DNA from: Armatimonadota bacterium
Lineage (GTDB): Bacteria > Armatimonadota > UBA5829 > JAUSEB01
DNA length: 64,000 bases
Direction: 5' to 3'
Assembly: GCA_030649165.1 (NCBI GenBank)
Contig: JAUSGG010000015.1
Location: 29,238 to 93,237, forward strand
Shown: piece after piece, positions 34,757 to 44,712 of the stretch
Numbering within the stretch: position 1 is the first letter of the stretch
Layout: the number at the start of each line of letters is the position of its first letter
Made by a program: the position numbers and the translations under genes
Notes under the pieces: generated by a model
Database searches by the model: none
What the model saw: only the letters and a program-made list of their open reading frames with translations
What the model was told of the DNA's origin: nothing

Positions 34757-35734
34757 CTACCTCGGCACTTCCACCGCGTTCAGCAGCCTGCCGATCACCT
34801 TGTCCGGCGTCGCGCCCTCGATCTCCGCCTCCGGCCTCAAGATAAGCCTGTGCCTGAGAACCGGCGCGGCGAGCGATTTGACATCGTCCGGGATCACGTA
34901 ATCCCTTCCATTTATCGCGGCCAGGGCCTTCGATGTCAACAGCAGAGCAACAGACGCCCGCGGGCTCGCCCCGAGAATAAGGCTGCGGTCTTTGCGGGTC
35001 CTGCGCGTAATCTCCGCGATGTAGCGCACGATGGCTTCGTCAACACGGACAGCGGCCACCACCTTCCTGCACTGATTCAGGTCTTCCGCGCCGGCAATGC
35101 GCGCTATCCCGGCTTCCTCCAACCTCAGCGCCCGAAAGCCCCGGTTGTAGTTGTCCAGAATCCGTCGCTCTTCCTCCTCCGACGGGTAGTCCATTACGAT
35201 CTTCAGAAGAAACCGGTCCAACTGCGCCTCGGGAAGAGGATACGTCCCCTCGTATTCCACCGGATTCTGCGTCGCCAAAACGATGAAAAGGCCCGGCAGC
35301 GGATGCGGCTTTCCATCAACGGTGACGCGGCGTTCTTCCATTGCTTCCAGCAGCGCGGCCTGGGTCTTGGGCGGAGTCCGGTTGATCTCGTCGGCCAGAA
35401 GCACATTCGTGAAGACAGGACCGTGCCTGAAGCTGAATTCCCCTGAAGTCGAACTGTAAACGTTCGTTCCGATAACGTCGGACGGCATAAGGTCCGGCGT
35501 GAACTGTATCCTTTTGAAGTCCGCTCCTATCGTGAATGCGAGCGCCCGGACCAGGAGAGTCTTGGCGATGCCGGGAACGCCCTCTAGCAGAACGTGACCG
35601 TCCGCCAGCAGCGAGACCAAGGCCTGCTCCAACACTGCTTCCTGTCCAACGACGACCTTGGCGACCTCGCGCCTGATGTCCTCGACTATCCTGCAGGTCA
35701 GGCCCGCATCGGCCGGTTCCGAATTATCGGTCAA
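34757..35734 (-). CDS. MoxR-family AAA+ ATPase
   Basis: Walker A LLEGVPGIAKT. MoxR-type layout. Confidence 0.85.
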   Translation of the reverse strand: MTDNSEPADAGLTCRIVEDIRREVAKVVVGQEAVLEQALVSLLADGHVLLEGVPGIAKTLLVRALAFTIGADFKRIQFTPDLMPSDVIGTNVYSSTSGEFSFRHGPVFTNVLLADEINRTPPKTQAALLEAMEERRVTVDGKPHPLPGLFIVLATQNPVEYEGTYPLPEAQLDRFLLKIVMDYPSEEEERRILDNYNRGFRALRLEEAGIARIAGAEDLNQCRKVVAAVRVDEAIVRYIAEITRRTRKDRSLILGASPRASVALLLTSKALAAINGRDYVIPDDVKSLAAPVLRHRLILRPEAEIEGATPDKVIGRLLNAVEVPR

Positions 35735-36866
35735 TCCCCGTCTCCTTCCTCAGAGAGCATATTGTGCCGGCCAGGCGGACCAACTCGCTCTGGCTGATCG
35801 GCTCGTCGCCCCGGCGCCGTTCGATCAGATGAAGTAGATCTGTCGAGTCCGCGCCTGTCATACCCTCGGTTGCCGCGATGGCGTCTCGATCGCTGGAATC
35901 CGCCGGAATACTTAGCCTGACGCATAGATCGGCCCAGAATGCGTCGTAGATGATCTCGAACGCCGCCCGGCCCGCGTCGGCTTTTCTGTATAACCTTCCC
36001 ATCGCCTGCACGTACTCGTGCGCCGGCCTGCGAGATCGACCCTCCACAGCGGCATTCACCGAACCGAATCTTCTTCCAGCCGAGTAGACCGCCAACAGCG
36101 CGGCAAGCGCTATTTGGACCAACGCGAACTTCCACGCGTGCGGCAGTACCCCCAGCGGTGTCTTGGGGACGGCGTATCCCTGGCTGTATTCGTCAAAGAC
36201 GACAGCCTCTCCTTTGTTGACCCGGGCGGAGATGAGGTTCACCAGGAAAACGGCGTTATCGGATTTGCCGATTTCCGAGTTCGAAGCTATCCAGGGATCG
36301 GACACGACGATGATACGGCCCTTGCCAATTGGTTTTTCCGCCGCAATTACCCCCTGTGAGTCTCCTGCAATCACCGACCATCCCTGCTCAGCATACAACC
36401 GATCGCCGGAGCGCAGGTCCAACCGGCGCACTCCCGCCGCGTAAGCCGGCTCAACGCGCAGGCGGAACGCCTTGCGCCCGCCGGCGCGCTTGGACGCCTC
36501 TATCCCAAGTCCTTGAAAAGACTCCTCCCCTCCCAAAAACACGATTGCGCAACCGCCGCTTCGCAGCCAACGGCCCAATCGACCACGGAAGCTGGGATAT
36601 CCGCGCGTCGGCTTCTCTACTATCAGCAAGCCGGCCGCCGGAGGAACGGAGTCGGGATCATCGACTGCTCGTTCAGGGCGATACCCCAACCGTTTCAACA
36701 GCGTGAAAAACGCTTTTGTGCCGCTGCGTTTGGAGCTGTAGCTCGTGTAGTGCGGGCGTTTCTCCGGCTCCTGGCTTTGCGGCGTATTTCGGAGCGAGAC
36801 GAAAGTCACAGCCGAGAACAATAGAAAGAGAACCAGCACGAGCCATGCGTCACGCGACAGCTTCAT
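35724..36866 (-). CDS. DUF4350-like membrane-anchored protein (MoxR partner)
   Basis: Start MKLSRDAWLVLVLFLLF (TM). ATGA overlap with the upstream gene stop. This architecture is typical next to MoxR/DUF4129. Confidence 0.55.
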   Translation of the reverse strand: MKLSRDAWLVLVLFLLFSAVTFVSLRNTPQSQEPEKRPHYTSYSSKRSGTKAFFTLLKRLGYRPERAVDDPDSVPPAAGLLIVEKPTRGYPSFRGRLGRWLRSGGCAIVFLGGEESFQGLGIEASKRAGGRKAFRLRVEPAYAAGVRRLDLRSGDRLYAEQGWSVIAGDSQGVIAAEKPIGKGRIIVVSDPWIASNSEIGKSDNAVFLVNLISARVNKGEAVVFDEYSQGYAVPKTPLGVLPHAWKFALVQIALAALLAVYSAGRRFGSVNAAVEGRSRRPAHEYVQAMGRLYRKADAGRAAFEIIYDAFWADLCVRLSIPADSSDRDAIAATEGMTGADSTDLLHLIERRRGDEPISQSELVRLAGTICSLRKETGIDR

Positions 36867-37642
36867 CCGGCCCTCCCCTGGAGCCCTATCCCTCCAGGTG
36901 TCCTCACCTGGAGGGATGAGTAAACCTTCAGACATGCCTCGTAATGCTCCACCCGACACGCCCGCGCCCCGTAATGAGTGAGATCGAACACGCGCGTCAA
37001 CTCCTCGACCTCTTCGGCGAGTCCGGCTCGACCGTCAGACTTGAGAGCCCGAACATAGTCCCAGTTCGTGCTCGATCTGTTCCAGTTGATCATCCCCGAA
37101 CGGTCCAGGGAAAAAAGAAGCGCGACGTACAGAAGACGGAACGCCTCGCCGATGTCGCCATTCTCAGCCTGGGCGAAAGCCTTCCGCGCCAATTCCTGCG
37201 CAGAGGCGCGTCGGTGCGATACGACCGCATCGGGCGATGGCTGAGCGTTTTTTTTCCGACCCGAAAACCGGACCAACCTCATCAGTAGAAGCCACGCCGC
37301 GACCGCTATCACCACCACGGTTACGACAATGACGGCACGGACGAAGAAGCTTGATTCCGACAGGTTAAGCCCGGATTTGCCCGACAGCCACCGCAGAAAC
37401 CCGGCCAGGGTGTCGATTAACCAGTTGACCGCTTTCACCCGCCACGATTCGCTCGTGTCGGCGTGAAACTCGGACCTGGCGAGTATATCGGCGGTGACCT
37501 TATGTATCGCGGCCGGACCCGGTCGCCCGTCCGCGTTTGAAACCCCTGCCTGCGCCGAACTGGCCGAGACGGCGATGGCCAGAGGTAAAACGAACGCCTG
37601 AAGCCGTTTCAATAGCTGTCTACAGTTGGCCAACTCACTCAT
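36863..37642 (-). CDS. DUF4129-like protein (transglutaminase-related C-terminal domain), with signal/TM segments
   Basis: Start MSELANCRQLL. Internal TM VIVVTVVVIAVAAWLLL. C-terminal conserved W/Y pattern. Confidence 0.5.
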   Translation of the reverse strand: MSELANCRQLLKRLQAFVLPLAIAVSASSAQAGVSNADGRPGPAAIHKVTADILARSEFHADTSESWRVKAVNWLIDTLAGFLRWLSGKSGLNLSESSFFVRAVIVVTVVVIAVAAWLLLMRLVRFSGRKKNAQPSPDAVVSHRRASAQELARKAFAQAENGDIGEAFRLLYVALLFSLDRSGMINWNRSSTNWDYVRALKSDGRAGLAEEVEELTRVFDLTHYGARACRVEHYEACLKVYSSLQVRTPGGIGLQGRAG

Positions 37643-37983
37643 GCTATGCCCAAGATACCAGACTTGGGCAGTATTCGGCAACGACCGCGGCCAGTGAACT
37701 GTGACCAGGTGAACAGCAACCGACGACTGACAAATGACAACCCACAAGCTTAGCTCGCCTTGGCGTGCTTCGATCGCTGCAGACTCGTCGTTCACGGCGA
37801 GGGAGCGCTGTGTCCACGTCGATCCGCGTTGATCCGCGTTCATCGGCGGTTTCAAGATCCTCGCTTGCCATCTGTGTGCATCTATGGTTGGGACCGATTT
37901 CGTGTCTTGGCCGATTTGACTTGTCATCCAAAAAGTGGCATACTACCCGAAGTACCGGAATACGGCATCAACAGGAGATACGA

Positions 37984-38308
37984 GTTGGCTGACAAGTTGA
38001 AGCTGTCCAGGTTGGTCCGAACGGTCTCGTCGGAAGTATACGTGATATGGGATGACGATCGCCGCGTGGGCCAGCTACATCTGCACTTCGCGCACGATAC
38101 GATTCACGCTACCCTGCTGTTCGAAGTAGACCTAGGTATGACCGAGGAGGAAGAACTACTGGCGCAGATAGACGAGGACATCGTGTCCTCCTACCTCCCG
38201 AGTTTCGAGCGTGAGGACCTCCTTTTCACCATTTTCCGCGCGGAGGAGCTGAGTTCTTTCAGCTATTCGGCAAACCAGATGGACGATATCGGCCCCGACG
38301 AGGAATGA
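37984..38308 (+). CDS. Small acidic hypothetical protein (start uncertain; TTG with RBS GGAGA)
   Basis: ORF with a poly-E stretch. Weak support. Confidence 0.3.
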
Positions 38309-38390
38309 AGCGCAGGAATTGCCGTGATGAAATAGCACAAGCCTAAGACGGCTGGGGAGCCCTCCCCAGCCTTGTTCCCTTGCCTCCTTC

Positions 38391-38430
38391 GGCAGCGACG
38401 CTGCCGCTCTGCTACCGAAGGATCGGAAAT
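38391..38430. repeat. 40-bp structured repeat, copy 2 (CTTCGGCAGCGACGCTGCCGCTCTGCTACCGAAGGATCG)
   Basis: Matches the copy at 19420 with 2 substitutions. Confidence 0.6.
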
Positions 38431-38520
38431 GCCGGGGGCTGGCTTCGGCTTCAAAGAACAAGCCGAAGCATCCGGCCTACGAACCTTAGAACCCTGGAAC
38501 CCTCATAAACCTCATAACCC

Positions 38521-39141
38521 TCACAACCCTTCCCCCTTCAGCTCCGCTATTGCCGCCATCACCCTTCTACCTATCTCTTCCAGCGCATCACGGTCGGAGC
38601 CGCGGTCGTACAGATCATCTATATGCACGGGTTTTCCAATTCTGACGCGAACTTTGGCAAAACGGAGAAACGGAGAGTGAGGAGGGAGGAGCTTATCACT
38701 GCCCAGGAGGGCCACGGGGATAATCGGCGCGCGCGATTTCATCGCTATCATGCTGATACCTAGCTCGGCCTTCAGCAGCGTGCCGCCCGGGCTGCGCGTG
38801 CCCTCGGGGAATATGCAGACGACTTCGCCGGTCTCCAGCAGGCTTATCGCCTGTTTCAACGCCGCACGGTCCGCGGTCGCCTGCTTCACCGGAAAGGCCC
38901 CGACAGCGCGTATCAGCGCCCCGAATATCGGAACCGCGAACAGTTCCGATTTGGCCATAAACCTTACCTGACGCCGCGACGCCGCTCCTACGACAGGCGG
39001 GTCCGCATAGCTGATGTGGTTGGGCGCAAGTACCACTCCGCCTGTGCGCGGAATATTACAGCGGCCGATCACTCGCCAACGGCCGAAGACCGGAAGTATT
39101 ATTGCTCTCAGCAGAAACCACGCTACGTAGTAGAGCAGCAA
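38521..39141 (-). CDS. plsC: 1-acyl-sn-glycerol-3-phosphate acyltransferase
   Basis: NHISYAD and FPEGTR motifs. Confidence 0.85.
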   Translation of the reverse strand: MLLYYVAWFLLRAIILPVFGRWRVIGRCNIPRTGGVVLAPNHISYADPPVVGAASRRQVRFMAKSELFAVPIFGALIRAVGAFPVKQATADRAALKQAISLLETGEVVCIFPEGTRSPGGTLLKAELGISMIAMKSRAPIIPVALLGSDKLLPPHSPFLRFAKVRVRIGKPVHIDDLYDRGSDRDALEEIGRRVMAAIAELKGEGL

Positions 39142-39815
39142 CCGCGCATCCTTTCCTCACACAGTCTCAGCACCGCCTCAACCACCTGATCTATGGTCAT
39201 ATTGTCGGTGTCTATGGGCGCGGCGTCCGCCGCCTGTCTGAGCGGCGAGTCCTCCCGACTGCTATCCCGGTCGTCACGCTCGCGCATTTGCGCCGCCAGG
39301 TCATCGAGCGATGACTCTATCCCTTTCTCCGCAAGCTCCAACTGTCGCCTGCGAGCGCGTTCCTCAGGAGAGGCTGTGAGGAAGACTTTGACCTCCGCGT
39401 CGGGAAATACGACCGTGCCGATATCGCGGCCTTCCATCACTATCCCGCCCGCGGTCCCCATTTCCCTCTGCATCTCTACCAGGCGGCGGCGAACTCCCGA
39501 TATTGCGGAAACCGGGGACGAGAGTCGTGTAACCTCCGGAGTCCTGATCGCTTCGGTCACGTCAGTTGAATCCGCGAAGACTCTCTGGCCGTTCGACCTG
39601 TCGAACCGGATCGTCATGCTTTTAGCTAGAGCGGTGATACCATCGGAATCCGACAGAGAGACTCCCGCCCGAAGCGATTTCCACGCAACCGCGCGGTACA
39701 TCGCGCCGGTGTCCACGTAGATAAACCCCAGTTTTTCCGCCACGCGCCTCGCGATTGTGCTCTTGCCCGCGCCGGCCGGACCGTCGATGGCCACAATAGG
39801 CTTGCGTGATGTCAT
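39123..39815 (-). CDS. cmk: Cytidylate kinase
   Basis: IVAIDGPAGAGKST. ATGA overlap with the tyrA stop. Confidence 0.9.
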   Translation of the reverse strand: MTSRKPIVAIDGPAGAGKSTIARRVAEKLGFIYVDTGAMYRAVAWKSLRAGVSLSDSDGITALAKSMTIRFDRSNGQRVFADSTDVTEAIRTPEVTRLSSPVSAISGVRRRLVEMQREMGTAGGIVMEGRDIGTVVFPDAEVKVFLTASPEERARRRQLELAEKGIESSLDDLAAQMRERDDRDSSREDSPLRQAADAAPIDTDNMTIDQVVEAVLRLCEERMRGCCSTT

Positions 39816-40696
39816 TCTCTGCTCCGAATCAACATCTCCCGGAGTTCGCTTGCGCGCTTGAACAGATTCTCTACGGCGTCGCAATCGCCGGACTCTATGA
39901 CCTCGCGTATCGCGGCCAGTTCCTTCTCGAATCTCAGCAGCGCGGCTGCCACGGCCTCACTGTTGCTCAGACAAATGTCCCGCCACAGAGCCGGAGGGCT
40001 TCCCGACACCCTCGTCAAGTCGCGGAAGCTGCCTGCGGCTATTGAGAAGATGTCCCCCGGATGCTCTTCCTCGGCCTCGTTAGCTATGGATAGCGCCGCG
40101 GCGGCCAACACGTGCGGAACGTGGCTTACCAGCGCCGTCGCATAGTCGTGCTCCTCCGGGCTCATGACTATCGTCCTTGCGCCGATCGCTTTGGCGAACT
40201 TCAGCATCTTCCTCATCGCGGACAGGTTAGTGCGGTCGGTCGGGGTGATGATGTAGGCCGCGCCTTCGAACAGATCGGGCCTGGCCGCCTCTACGCCGGA
40301 AGCCTCCGATCCAGCCATCGGATGTCCGCCTACGAAATGGGGGCCTGCTCCAAGCACGGCTTCCGCTCCCGAAACGACCTCGGCCTTCGTGCTGCCGACA
40401 TCGGTGACAATCGCTCCCTCTTTGAGCGACCCTGCAAATGCTTTGATGTTAGGGACGATATCCCTGACGGGGGTACAGACGACCACAAGATCGGCTTCGG
40501 CAACGCCTTGGGAACGGTCGAGGGTGTAGCTGTCGATCGCGTTGAGCTGCTTCGCTCGGTCGAGCCGGGCCTCATTCCTGCCAATCCCGATAACCCGCTT
40601 TGTCAGGCCACGGGCCCGCGCGGCCATTCCGAGAGATCCACCGATCAGGCCCACGCCGACAATGGCGATGACGTCAAAGTTGGCTTCGTCACCCAT
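39812..40696 (-). CDS. tyrA: Prephenate/arogenate dehydrogenase
   Basis: NAD-binding IAIVGVGLIGGS. TyrA-family core. Confidence 0.85.
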   Translation of the reverse strand: MGDEANFDVIAIVGVGLIGGSLGMAARARGLTKRVIGIGRNEARLDRAKQLNAIDSYTLDRSQGVAEADLVVVCTPVRDIVPNIKAFAGSLKEGAIVTDVGSTKAEVVSGAEAVLGAGPHFVGGHPMAGSEASGVEAARPDLFEGAAYIITPTDRTNLSAMRKMLKFAKAIGARTIVMSPEEHDYATALVSHVPHVLAAAALSIANEAEEEHPGDIFSIAAGSFRDLTRVSGSPPALWRDICLSNSEAVAAALLRFEKELAAIREVIESGDCDAVENLFKRASELREMLIRSRE

Positions 40697-41718
40697 CAGA
40701 CGGACCGCCCTACTGCCGCCGCGACCGAGCCGACCTCGTTCATCAACTGCTGGAACTTGTCCGGTCTGAGCGACTGCGCCCCGTCTTTCAGGGCCTTTTC
40801 AGGATGAGGATGCACTTCCACTATGAGCGCGTCGGCGCCCGCGGCTATTGCGGCCCGCGAGACCGCGCTGACGAGCTGCCATTTCCCTGTGCCGTGGCTC
40901 GGGTCGGCGACGATGGGCAGGTGACTCAGCATTCCCACGGCAGGTATCGCGCTGATGTCAAATGTGTTCCGGGTGAACGTCTCGAAGGTGCGGATGCCGC
41001 GCTCGCAGAGCATAATGCTGTAGTTGCCGCGTCCGGCGATGTATTCAGCCGCCTGCAGCCATTCCTCTATCGTGGAGGACATGCCTCGCTTGAGCATCAC
41101 GGGCTTCCTCGTCTCGCCGACCTCGCGGAGAAGCGGGAAATTCGCCATATTGCGCGTGCCGATCTGCAGAATGTCGCTGTATCGGGCGATCAACTCTACG
41201 TCCCGCGCGTCCATTACTTCGGTTATAAACGGCAGTCCGGTCGCCTCCCTGGCCTTGGCCAGTATCTTGAGACCGTCCTCGCCAAGCCCCTGGAAGCTGT
41301 AAGGAGAAGTGCTCGGCTTGAACGCGCCGCCGCGCAGTATCGTCGCCCCGGCCGACTTGACGGCCGCCGCCGTTTCGAGCGTCTGTTGTTCGCTCTCCAC
41401 GCAGCACGGGCCGGCCATCACAACGACCTTCGACCCGCCGATCTCCACGCCGCCGGCGTTTATCACCGTCTTGTCCGGATGGAACTCCCTGCCGACAAGC
41501 TTGTACGGCTTCAGGATCGGAACGACGCGCTCGACGTACCTGAACGACTCGATCTGTTCCGCGATTACGGCCTTGTCTTCGTCAGGCGCGCCGATAGCGC
41601 CGACGATGGTCTTTTCAACGCCTTTGGAGACGTGAACGCCGTAGCCGCGCTCTTTCAGGTTGCCGATGAGCTCCTGCAGGTCGTTTTCGGTCGCCTCTGG
41701 CGAGAGGATGATAATCAA
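40696..41718 (-). CDS. 3-deoxy-7-phosphoheptulonate (DAHP) synthase, type I-beta, with an N-terminal ferredoxin-like regulatory domain
   Basis: KDO8P/DAHP synthase family core ([15 protein letters not shown]..., DPSHG). Confidence 0.85.
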   Translation of the reverse strand: MIIILSPEATENDLQELIGNLKERGYGVHVSKGVEKTIVGAIGAPDEDKAVIAEQIESFRYVERVVPILKPYKLVGREFHPDKTVINAGGVEIGGSKVVVMAGPCCVESEQQTLETAAAVKSAGATILRGGAFKPSTSPYSFQGLGEDGLKILAKAREATGLPFITEVMDARDVELIARYSDILQIGTRNMANFPLLREVGETRKPVMLKRGMSSTIEEWLQAAEYIAGRGNYSIMLCERGIRTFETFTRNTFDISAIPAVGMLSHLPIVADPSHGTGKWQLVSAVSRAAIAAGADALIVEVHPHPEKALKDGAQSLRPDKFQQLMNEVGSVAAAVGRSV

Positions 41719-41809
41719 GCCAATACCTCGGTCAACGATACTATCCCTATTATCCCTGCTATCCTTGCTATCCCTCCAGGTACCCTACCTGGAGGACGCG
41801 CGCAAACGA

Positions 41810-42931
41810 TCAAGCCAATACCTCGGTCAAGGCGTTGATGAACCGCCTGTTCTGCTCCTCCGTGCCGATGGTTACGCGGATGTGGGTCGGCGCGCTGAAG
41901 ATATCGCCGGTGCGCACGATCACCCCGCGCCGCAGAAGCTGCTTGAACACCTGGACGGAGTCCGTCTTGACATCGACCCAGATGAAATTCGCCTCCGTCG
42001 GAGAATATTTAAGACCCATACGGTCGAACTCGGCATACAGATACCGCTTCCCGGCTGAGTTAAACGCCCTGCTGCGCGCGACCTGCTCCGGGTCCTCCAA
42101 ACTGGCAATTGCGCCGGCCATCGCGACGCTGTTGACGTTGAACGGTTCGCGGACCCTTTCGACATACTTGATGATCTCCCGCCTCGCGATACCGTATCCC
42201 ACGCGGAGTCCCGCGAGGGCATAAACTTTGGAGAAAGTCCGCAGCACAATGACGTTGCGCCCCTGTTTGACCCACTCGATAGACCTCGGGTAGTCATCCC
42301 TCTCGACGTATTCATAGTACGCCTCGTCCATTACGAGGACGCAGCGCTCCGGCAATCGATCCAGCAGCCGCTGGACCTCGTCGTGCGCGACCATAGTGCC
42401 CGTCGGATTGTTTGGATTTGCGATAAAAATGAGCTTGGTCTTCTCGTTGACAAGCCTCGCCATTGCGTCTACGTCGTAGGTGAAATCCTTGACCGGCGCC
42501 ATCCGGCAGCAGCTATTGTTCAAAACGGCGCAGGTCTCGTATTGCGAGAATGTCACGTCGCCCTGGACACACTCGTCTTCGTCGCGCAGAAACGTAAGGC
42601 CGATCATGTGGATGATGTCGTCGGAGCCGTTGCCGAAGATCAGATTGTCCGGCTCAACATCGCAATGCTTTGCGACCGCCAGCCTGAGGCTGAAACAGCT
42701 ACCGTCCGGGTACAGCGCGACGTCATTCAGAGCACGCCGCATCGCCTCGATCGCGCGCGGCGACGGCCCCAGCGCGTTCTCATTGGAGGCCATCTTGATG
42801 ATGTCGGTTATTCCGAGCTCGCGCTCGACCTCCTCAATAGGCTTCCCGGGCACGTACGGCCTGAGCCTGTGTATACTGTCTCTAACGAAATCCTCGCTCA
42901 CTTCCGCCTCCTGCTGGCAAGAGTTTACCAT
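41810..42931 (-). CDS. hisC: Histidinol-phosphate/aromatic aminotransferase (HisC family, PLP class II)
   Basis: Class-II aminotransferase motifs (NPNNPTG, TFSKVYALAGLRVGY). Start uncertain (42931 or 43018). Confidence 0.8.
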   Translation of the reverse strand: MVNSCQQEAEVSEDFVRDSIHRLRPYVPGKPIEEVERELGITDIIKMASNENALGPSPRAIEAMRRALNDVALYPDGSCFSLRLAVAKHCDVEPDNLIFGNGSDDIIHMIGLTFLRDEDECVQGDVTFSQYETCAVLNNSCCRMAPVKDFTYDVDAMARLVNEKTKLIFIANPNNPTGTMVAHDEVQRLLDRLPERCVLVMDEAYYEYVERDDYPRSIEWVKQGRNVIVLRTFSKVYALAGLRVGYGIARREIIKYVERVREPFNVNSVAMAGAIASLEDPEQVARSRAFNSAGKRYLYAEFDRMGLKYSPTEANFIWVDVKTDSVQVFKQLLRRGVIVRTGDIFSAPTHIRVTIGTEEQNRRFINALTEVLA

Positions 42932-43173
42932 GAACTCAGGAGAGATGACAAACAGATCGGGTCGTATCTGTGGTACGTGGGGGTTCAGGGAAGAACGTGG
43001 ATGAACACGGATAAACACGGATGGGGAAGGGAATTGTCAGTTGTTAGTTGTTGGTTGTTCAGGACTAACACATCGGAGCGTGTAACTGATACATGGGCAA
43101 ATCGTGCGGAAATAGTCAGAAACCTCATAAGAATCATCCGATTTCCTGCATCTCATGCTATAGAGGAACTCAA

Positions 43174-44607
43174 ATGTGCAGTTCACAAGTTGCGGACGCT
43201 GAGCTCGTGGCGGCTGCACGAGCCGGAGACGCGGCCGGCTTCGGCGAACTGGTCAGACGCTACCAGGGGCTGATCTATGGTCTCGCTTATCACCAGGTCG
43301 GCAACTTCGCGGACGCTCAGGACATCGCGCAGAATGCCTTCGTGAAAGCATTCAGACGACTGGACCAACTGGAGCAGCCGGAGTGTTTTAGCGCCTGGCT
43401 GAAAACCATTGCCGCCAACGAGTGCAAGACGTGGATACGCGCGAGCAGGAGCGCCATTCCGCTGGAGGATGCGGAGACGCGGCCTTCTTACGCATCCTTG
43501 TCGGCCAACAAATGGAGACAGCACGAACGACAGACAGAGGTCCGACGGGCTGTGGCGTCCTTGCCGGAACGAAGCCGGCTGATGGTCGATCTGCACTATC
43601 TGTCGGGACTATCGCACCGCGAGATCGGCGAGTTCCTCGGCGTGCGCGCGAACGCGGTCGCGCAGCATCTATACCGGGCTCGTCAGCAGCTCAAACAGAT
43701 GCTGATGCCGGAGATCGAGGAGGGTTATGCTATGAATAAGCTGCCGGAAAGCTTTACCGAGGACGTGTTGGGTAGGATAACGCTCTACCCGGTGGAGGAA
43801 GGCAAGTTCATGGTCTGCGACGGCGATGGAGACGCGCGCGGGATGACGATGGCTGTCGAAGGTGTTGGTCCCGAGAAGTCCTACATTACACTATGGATGA
43901 GGCAAGACGACCTCGACGACGTCGTCTTGGGAACGCTGCCGCGGAGAACCGCCGAAAAGGCAAAAGGACGCGCGCTCAACAGCGCTCTTGAGTTGTTGAA
44001 CGCACTTGGCATTGAACTGAAGCAGGTAGAGATTCGTCTGTCCGGGGACAGAAAATGTCGCGCCGCTGTGCGACTGGCGCAGGACAACACCGAGACGACC
44101 GTGGATATGCGGCCGAGCGACGCTCTCGGCCTGGCTGTTCGTGTGAAAGCGCCGGTTTATGTAGAGGAGCCGGTCGTTCGGCGCGGAAACGTGGGAGAGG
44201 ATGACCTACCCACGCCGGATTCAGACATGGACCCGGACACCCACAACGAGGAATATGAGAAGTTTCGGTGGCACGACCGCTTGGTGGACAAGGTTTTCGA
44301 GATGGGCGTTTCCACTGAGGACTGCATAGACACGGTTCGTTTCCGCAAGGACGAGGCCAACGGCGTTCTCAGAGTTTGGCTGGAGGCTGTTCCCGAGAAA
44401 GAAGCAACGTTCGATCTCATGGAATACGGACCGGGGGTGGAGATGATCTTCGACCTCGGCGGACGCAGAGGCGCGACCGGACGCTTGTGCGAAGGCGACC
44501 CCGTTCGGGGTTTCCGCAGGCGTTACAAACTTCTCTACTCGCTGCTGGGTGGTGACGCGCGGGTCCGCGTCATTCTGGAGGCGCCGGACGCGCAAGAGGG
44601 GGAATGA
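43174..44607 (+). CDS. ECF-type sigma-70 factor fused to a C-terminal BFN/DUF151-like domain
   Basis: Region 2 (LVRRYQGLIYGLAYHQVGNFADAQDIAQNAF) and region 4 (LSGLSHREIGEFLGVRANAVAQHLYRARQQL). C-terminal VDMRPSDALGLAVRVKAPVYV matches the BFN signature. RBS GAGGA before the ATG at 43174. Confidence 0.7.
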   Translation: MCSSQVADAELVAAARAGDAAGFGELVRRYQGLIYGLAYHQVGNFADAQDIAQNAFVKAFRRLDQLEQPECFSAWLKTIAANECKTWIRASRSAIPLEDAETRPSYASLSANKWRQHERQTEVRRAVASLPERSRLMVDLHYLSGLSHREIGEFLGVRANAVAQHLYRARQQLKQMLMPEIEEGYAMNKLPESFTEDVLGRITLYPVEEGKFMVCDGDGDARGMTMAVEGVGPEKSYITLWMRQDDLDDVVLGTLPRRTAEKAKGRALNSALELLNALGIELKQVEIRLSGDRKCRAAVRLAQDNTETTVDMRPSDALGLAVRVKAPVYVEEPVVRRGNVGEDDLPTPDSDMDPDTHNEEYEKFRWHDRLVDKVFEMGVSTEDCIDTVRFRKDEANGVLRVWLEAVPEKEATFDLMEYGPGVEMIFDLGGRRGATGRLCEGDPVRGFRRRYKLLYSLLGGDARVRVILEAPDAQEGE

Positions 44608-44712
44608 GCGATGAACAGGAGGCTGCTGGAGGTGTTGTCGTGCCCTTGCAGGAACGCCTGCCTCACCTGTCGAAAACTCCCGATAAGACCATAACCTGCG
44701 GGGGGCGACAAG

